Shown here in pieces: positions 22,658 through 26,362 of a stretch of 26,362 nucleotides of DNA. The notes under the pieces were generated by a model. The model saw nothing but the letters and a program-made list of their open reading frames with translations, made no database searches and was not told the DNA's origin. Each line of letters opens with the position of its first letter. Position 1 is the stretch's first letter. The position numbers were made by a program, and so were the translations under genes. Source of the stretch: an uncultured Pseudomonadota bacterium (GTDB lineage: Bacteria > UBA10199 > CAZHVX01); contig CAZHVX010000005.1 in NCBI GenBank assembly GCA_964536295.1, positions 1,613 through 27,974 of the forward strand, in the 5' to 3' direction.

Positions 22658-23380
22658 ATGAAAGATTATTACGAAATATTGGAGGTGCATCCACGAGCTA
22701 GCCAGGAGGTTATCAAAAAGGCCTATCTGGTTTTGTCCAAGCGTTATCACCCGGATGCCCATGACAGTGAAAGGGCTGGCTGGGCCGAGGAAAAGTTCAA
22801 GGTGATAAATGAGGCCTTTCAGACATTGGGTGATTTAGTTAAGCGCAAGGGGTATGATTTGGATCGAGAGGGTAGCGATGATTATGAATACTGCGAGGAA
22901 GAAGAAGTTGAAATCGATGAGAAGGCATATTTTCACTATCGCTTAGGGTTAGATCATTTTGAAAAAACGGATAAAAGAAGATTCATGTCGGTATTGCTGG
23001 GTAGTTGGCAACGAAACTTGAAGTTGGCTCAAAAATATTTTTTAAAGGTTGTTCGTACATTCCCTACTAGTTATTATACTGACCAATCTCAGTATCATTA
23101 TATAGTATGCTTGATGCGTGAGTATGATTACTCAGAAAAACATGCACAATTGGTAGAAAAAGAGACAGAAATGTTTTTAAAATGTTATCCGGAAAGTGAA
23201 TGTAGAGACATTTTTTACTATCAACTAGGTCAGTTTTATTTGTTAAAGCGACAAGACTATAATAAAGCCATTGAAAACTTGAAGCTATTTTTGGCAGCCT
23301 GTCCTGAATCCTCTAATGCAAAGGATGCAAGATGTTTGCTAAAGTATACTATCAGTCGTCAGTCATCAGCTGACAGCTGA
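22658..23380 (+). CDS. J-domain protein (N-terminal DnaJ J-domain with HPD motif) with a C-terminal helical, TPR-like region.
   Basis: The segment DYYEILEVHPRASQEVIKKAYLVLSKRYHPDAH...KFKVINEAFQTLGD is a canonical J-domain. The remainder is helical with Y/L/K-rich repeats resembling TPR. Confidence 0.75.
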   Translation: MKDYYEILEVHPRASQEVIKKAYLVLSKRYHPDAHDSERAGWAEEKFKVINEAFQTLGDLVKRKGYDLDREGSDDYEYCEEEEVEIDEKAYFHYRLGLDHFEKTDKRRFMSVLLGSWQRNLKLAQKYFLKVVRTFPTSYYTDQSQYHYIVCLMREYDYSEKHAQLVEKETEMFLKCYPESECRDIFYYQLGQFYLLKRQDYNKAIENLKLFLAACPESSNAKDARCLLKYTISRQSSADS

Positions 23381-23396
23381 AAGCTTAATTAACGAT

Positions 23397-23732
23397 ATGA
23401 CTTGGATAATTATTATTAGTGTAATAATCGGCATTCTGAGCGGTGTCATGCTGGGTGCATGCCTCGGTAGAACAGGTGTCGTTGAGATGTTTCTGGCTAT
23501 ATGTCGGATCCCTGCATTATTAATCAAATCTCCAAATAAGATAAAATCGATATGGCGGCAATGGCACGAGGAAAGGGCAAAGGTTGCCGTTGCATTCATG
23601 AAGCGCAAAGAACAAATTGCCACGTTAGGAGAGCGGATTGCCAAAAAGAAGGAGGAAATTTGTGGATTAAAGCGTGATATCCGCAAAGTAAGATGGCAAA
23701 TGAAGGAACCGCGGAAAGATAAAACTGTTTGA
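23397..23732 (+). CDS. Small hypothetical protein with an N-terminal transmembrane helix and a charged C-terminal half.
   Basis: MTWIIIISVIIGILSGVMLGACLG is hydrophobic, followed by a K/R/E-rich region. No RBS is evident. Confidence 0.3.
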   Translation: MTWIIIISVIIGILSGVMLGACLGRTGVVEMFLAICRIPALLIKSPNKIKSIWRQWHEERAKVAVAFMKRKEQIATLGERIAKKKEEICGLKRDIRKVRWQMKEPRKDKTV

Positions 23733-23813
23733 TAAAGATGTTGACTGTTACAAAAACTCACCGTAAAAAGATAATTTCAATTTGAAAGAAAATAATTCAA
23801 AGAGGTGTTTTTA

Positions 23814-24200
23814 ATGAAAACGGTATTTATTGTAGATGATAATAGTGAAATTAGAAAGCTTTTCACCAAAGTATTAAAAAAAGAAGGCGTAACGCGTATA
23901 CTTACTGCCTCCAATGGCGAAGGTGCCGTTAAAATAGTGAAAAAGAGGCGAAAAGGGAGCATTGACCTGGTGTTGTTGGACCTGCGGCTTCCAGATATGA
24001 ATGGAATTGAGGTTTTAAAACAGATAAAGTTGATTGATAAAAAGATTAAAGTGATCATAGTGAGTGGAACCTTGAGCGCTGCCCTTGTTGTACAAGTCGG
24101 AAAACTTGGAGCATTTGACATCTTCGGCAAACCCTTTGATTTATTTGAACTGCAGGATGCCATCAAAAAAGCGCTGGCGGCTAATCCGCGTAAACAGTGA
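23814..24200 (+). CDS. Stand-alone response-regulator receiver domain (CheY-like).
   Basis: The segment VFIVDDNSEIRKLF...DLVLLDLRLPDMNGIEVL...IIVSG...KLGAFDIFGKPFD contains the conserved DD, phospho-acceptor D (LLDLRLPD), and S/K residues. The RBS AAAGAGGTG precedes ATG 23814. Confidence 0.8.
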   Translation: MKTVFIVDDNSEIRKLFTKVLKKEGVTRILTASNGEGAVKIVKKRRKGSIDLVLLDLRLPDMNGIEVLKQIKLIDKKIKVIIVSGTLSAALVVQVGKLGAFDIFGKPFDLFELQDAIKKALAANPRKQ

Positions 24201-24379
24201 TTTTCCCGTCCCTGTTGTCAAGAAAATAATTTTACAAAACTCCAATTTATTAATAATATCAAGCAGTTATACGCGCTCAAAAGATCAGAGATTGTTCGTT
24301 TCAACTTGACTCTACGTCTGTATAAGAGTAAAAACGACGTTGCTCAAAACCAATAATTTTTAACAAAAAGGAGGAATTT

Positions 24380-24778
24380 ATGGCAAAAGCAGTATTAGTA
24401 AAAGGGCTTGGCGTTCGTGTACCAGATGCGATTGGTTCGCTTCAAAGTGTCCTGACACCTTTGGCAGAGGCTCGTGTAAATATTGACGCCTTGATAGGTG
24501 GAAGCGTAATTGGCGAAGGCCAGGTTACAGTGGTGTTGCAAGATGTTGTCAAGGCTGTGGATGTACTCAAAAATGTGAACATCGTTCCTTGGGAAACCGA
24601 TGTAGTAGCGGTGGAAGTGAACAATGAGCCAGGTGCGTTGGCCGAGGTTGTATCCAAAGTTACCCAAGCGGGTGTGAATATCCGTTCAACCTGGGTGACC
24701 ACAGGCATTAGTGATGCACTAACACGTCTTTACTTGATCACCGATGACAATACAAAAGTTCTGAATGTCATTGTGTAA
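24380..24778 (+). CDS. ACT-domain protein.
   Basis: The RBS AAAGGAGGA precedes the start. The G-rich loops and beta-alpha-beta pattern ([23 protein letters not shown]...[23 protein letters not shown]) are typical of tandem ACT domains. Confidence 0.55.
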   Translation: MAKAVLVKGLGVRVPDAIGSLQSVLTPLAEARVNIDALIGGSVIGEGQVTVVLQDVVKAVDVLKNVNIVPWETDVVAVEVNNEPGALAEVVSKVTQAGVNIRSTWVTTGISDALTRLYLITDDNTKVLNVIV

Positions 24779-24789
24779 TTCTTTTGAAT

Positions 24790-24892
24790 CGCGGATCTAA
24801 CGCCGATCTGCTACACGGATCAAACGCTGATCTATTTATTATAAAAGGATCTGTGTTAGATCTGTGTAGTAGATCTGCGTTAGATCGGCGGC
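24790..24892 (+). repeat. GATC-rich imperfect palindromic element, copy 3 of 3, ending just before the aminotransferase start.
   Basis: The element cgcGGATCTAACGCcGATCTgctacacgGATCAAACGCtGATCTatttattataaaagGATCTgtGTTAGATCtgtgtagtaGATCtGCGTTAGATCggcggc has a left arm nearly identical to copy 1. Confidence 0.8.
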
Positions 24893-24900
24893 TTCAAAAA

Positions 24901-26070
24901 ATGAAATTTAAAAGAATACAACAACTTCCTCCATATCAGCTAGGTGTAGTCTCACAGTTAATGAAAGAGGCGCGTCGAAGGGGTGATGATATCATCAACT
25001 TGGGGATGGGTAATCCTGATTTGCCCACACCGCAAAGAATCGTGGATAAGCTCAAAGAGGCTGTGGACAAGCCCCAGAATCATCGCTATTCGCTTTCGCG
25101 TGGAATTCCTAAGCTTCGCGAGGCCATCTGTGACTGGTACCGGCGCAAGTTCGGTGTAGAACTCGACTATGAGACCGAAGCCATCGTTACAATCGGTGCC
25201 AAGGAGGGGATTTCAAGTCTGATGCCGGCGATAACCGAACCCGGTAATGTGGTCTTGGTTCCCGATCCTGGTTATCCAATCCATCAATATGCTTCGGTGA
25301 TAGCTGGCGCCTTTGCAGAGAGTATTAGGGTCGATGACATGTCTTCCTTTTTTCCAAACTTAGATCGGGCAGTTGCCATGCATGGATCTCAGGCAAAGGT
25401 TTTAATTATAAGTTTTCCATCAAATCCAACGACAACGGTAGTAGAACGTCCCTTTTTCGAAGAGATAGTCGCGTTTGCTAAAAAACACAATATATTGGTT
25501 ATTCACGATTTCGTATATGCAGATTTTGTATTTGATGGATACAAGGCTCCTTCTATCCTTGAAGTTCCTGGTGCCAAGGATGTTGCCGTGGAGATCATGT
25601 CTTTGTCTAAGAGTTACAGTATGCCAGGTTGGCGGGTTGGATTTGTATGTGGAAATAATGAAATGGTTTATGCCCTTGCAAAGTTAAAAGGGTACATGGA
25701 TTATGGAGTGTTTCAACCCATTCAGATTGCAGCAACTGTTGCGCTGAATCATTCCGAAGAGAATGTCAAAGAAATCATCACAACGTATCAAAAACGACGG
25801 GATGTATTGTGTGACGGTTTGCAAAAGATTGGTTGGGATGTCCCGAAACCCCTTGCGACAATGTTTGTTTGGGCAAGGCTACCCGAACGATTCACCCTCA
25901 TGGGGTCACTCGCTTTTAGCAAACTTCTTCTTGAAAAGGGGAAGGTTGCGGTGAGTCCCGGAGTTGGGTTTGGAAAATATGGTGAGGGTTACGTTCGATT
26001 TGCCCTTGTCGAGAACGAACACCGCATCCGTCAGGCCATTCGGGGCATAAGAGAGGTTCTTAACGACTAA
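24901..26070 (+). CDS. Class I pyridoxal-phosphate-dependent aminotransferase (AlaT/AspC-like).
   Basis: The N-terminus [15 protein letters not shown]...[13 protein letters not shown], the PLP-lysine region [15 protein letters not shown], and the C-terminal RFAL are all present. The ORF-track start at 24784 reads through the palindromic repeat and is rejected. Confidence 0.85.
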   Translation: MKFKRIQQLPPYQLGVVSQLMKEARRRGDDIINLGMGNPDLPTPQRIVDKLKEAVDKPQNHRYSLSRGIPKLREAICDWYRRKFGVELDYETEAIVTIGAKEGISSLMPAITEPGNVVLVPDPGYPIHQYASVIAGAFAESIRVDDMSSFFPNLDRAVAMHGSQAKVLIISFPSNPTTTVVERPFFEEIVAFAKKHNILVIHDFVYADFVFDGYKAPSILEVPGAKDVAVEIMSLSKSYSMPGWRVGFVCGNNEMVYALAKLKGYMDYGVFQPIQIAATVALNHSEENVKEIITTYQKRRDVLCDGLQKIGWDVPKPLATMFVWARLPERFTLMGSLAFSKLLLEKGKVAVSPGVGFGKYGEGYVRFALVENEHRIRQAIRGIREVLND

Positions 26071-26080
26071 CTCTCTATTC

Positions 26081-26125
26081 CAACCTCGGAGGTTGGGGTG
26101 GTACAGATTTTATCTGTACGGAAGC
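26081..26125 (+). terminator. Two hairpins downstream of the aminotransferase: CCAACCTCgGAGGTTGG and GTACAGATtttATCTGTAC, followed by a T7 run at 26132-26138.
   Basis: Perfect inverted repeats are seen directly. The T-run is not immediately adjacent, so this is only a moderate terminator candidate. Confidence 0.5.
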
Positions 26126-26216
26126 TGTTTTTTTATTGACGGATGTTGGATTTCTAACTAGTTGTAATTATTGGTAGTAAGTTCCATATTTCAATTTTTT
26201 CTTACATACGATAGTG

Positions 26217-26245
26217 TTGACAAAATTTCACCCTTCGTGTAGATA
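26217..26245 (+). promoter_or_regulatory. Sigma70-like promoter candidate: TTGACA, a 17-bp spacer, then TAGATA.
   Basis: The -35 TTGACA at 26217-26222 is consensus. Spacer: aaatttcacccttcgtg (17 bp). The -10 TAGATA lies at 26240-26245. It would drive a gene beyond the window. Confidence 0.45.
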
Positions 26246-26362
26246 AACAAAACTTTGATAGTTCTTTTAAAGTAAATAATATTCCGCAGTAGTCCCGAAG
26301 TTTCGTCAGAATTTCAGAAGGAAATTCTTACAGGAAACTTCGAGGATCTCGCCGAAGCCCAC

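Noticed and set aside
24784-24900. N-terminal extension of the aminotransferase ORF ([27 protein letters not shown]...) predicted by the six-frame track.
   Set aside because: This stretch is the GATC-rich palindromic repeat read in frame. The repeated 'GSNADL' peptide is an artefact of translating direct DNA repeats. The conserved aminotransferase N-terminus begins at ATG 24901 ([13 protein letters not shown]).

Overview
The window is a large gas-vesicle (gvp) gene cluster, about 24 kb, with every gene on the + strand. Many genes are translationally coupled through 4-bp ATGA-type overlaps, and most have strong AGGAGG-type ribosome-binding sites.

Gvp genes recognised directly from the translations:
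- Two gvpA copies: one truncated at the 5' window edge (1-71) and a complete one (330-545).
- Two gvpN AAA+ paralogs.
- Four GvpF/L-family genes.
- gvpG, gvpJ, gvpK and a GvpJ/M-type gvpA-family gene.
- Two GvpO-like paralogs.

Embedded in the cluster is an extensive set of proteostasis and targeting genes:
- A short DnaK/Hsp70 paralog, flanked by two bacterial PH/GRAM-like domain proteins, one of them fused to an Hsp20 domain.
- A GvpF/L protein with a C-terminal J-domain (HPD motif), plus a separate J-domain/TPR-like protein.
- Three stand-alone proteins built from six CxxCxGxG repeats, the DnaJ cysteine-rich zinc-finger motif.
- An Hsp20 small heat-shock protein.
- A Cdc48/VAT-type ATPase with two AAA domains.
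- A fused tandem ArsA/Get3-type ATPase.

Two paralogous coiled-coil proteins carry 44-aa tandem repeats and may be functional analogues of GvpC, the ~33-aa-repeat protein that strengthens gas vesicles.

The non-coding DNA holds two distinct repeat systems:
- Three ~100-bp GATC-rich imperfect palindromes, each placed immediately 5' of a gene's ribosome-binding site.
- Five intergenic modules built from tandem 8-bp GTGTATRA units around a conserved ~48-bp core that contains a TATAAT element.

The gvpG 3' end overlaps a lysine-rich (KKTTKK-repeat) ORF in another frame. This overlap contains a dnaX-type A_AAA_AAG heptamer.

The 3' end of the window leaves the gvp region: a CheY-like receiver, an ACT-domain protein and a class-I aminotransferase, followed by hairpins and a sigma70-like promoter.

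All calls rest on reading the supplied translations and the DNA by eye. No database search was possible, so family assignments are motif-based.
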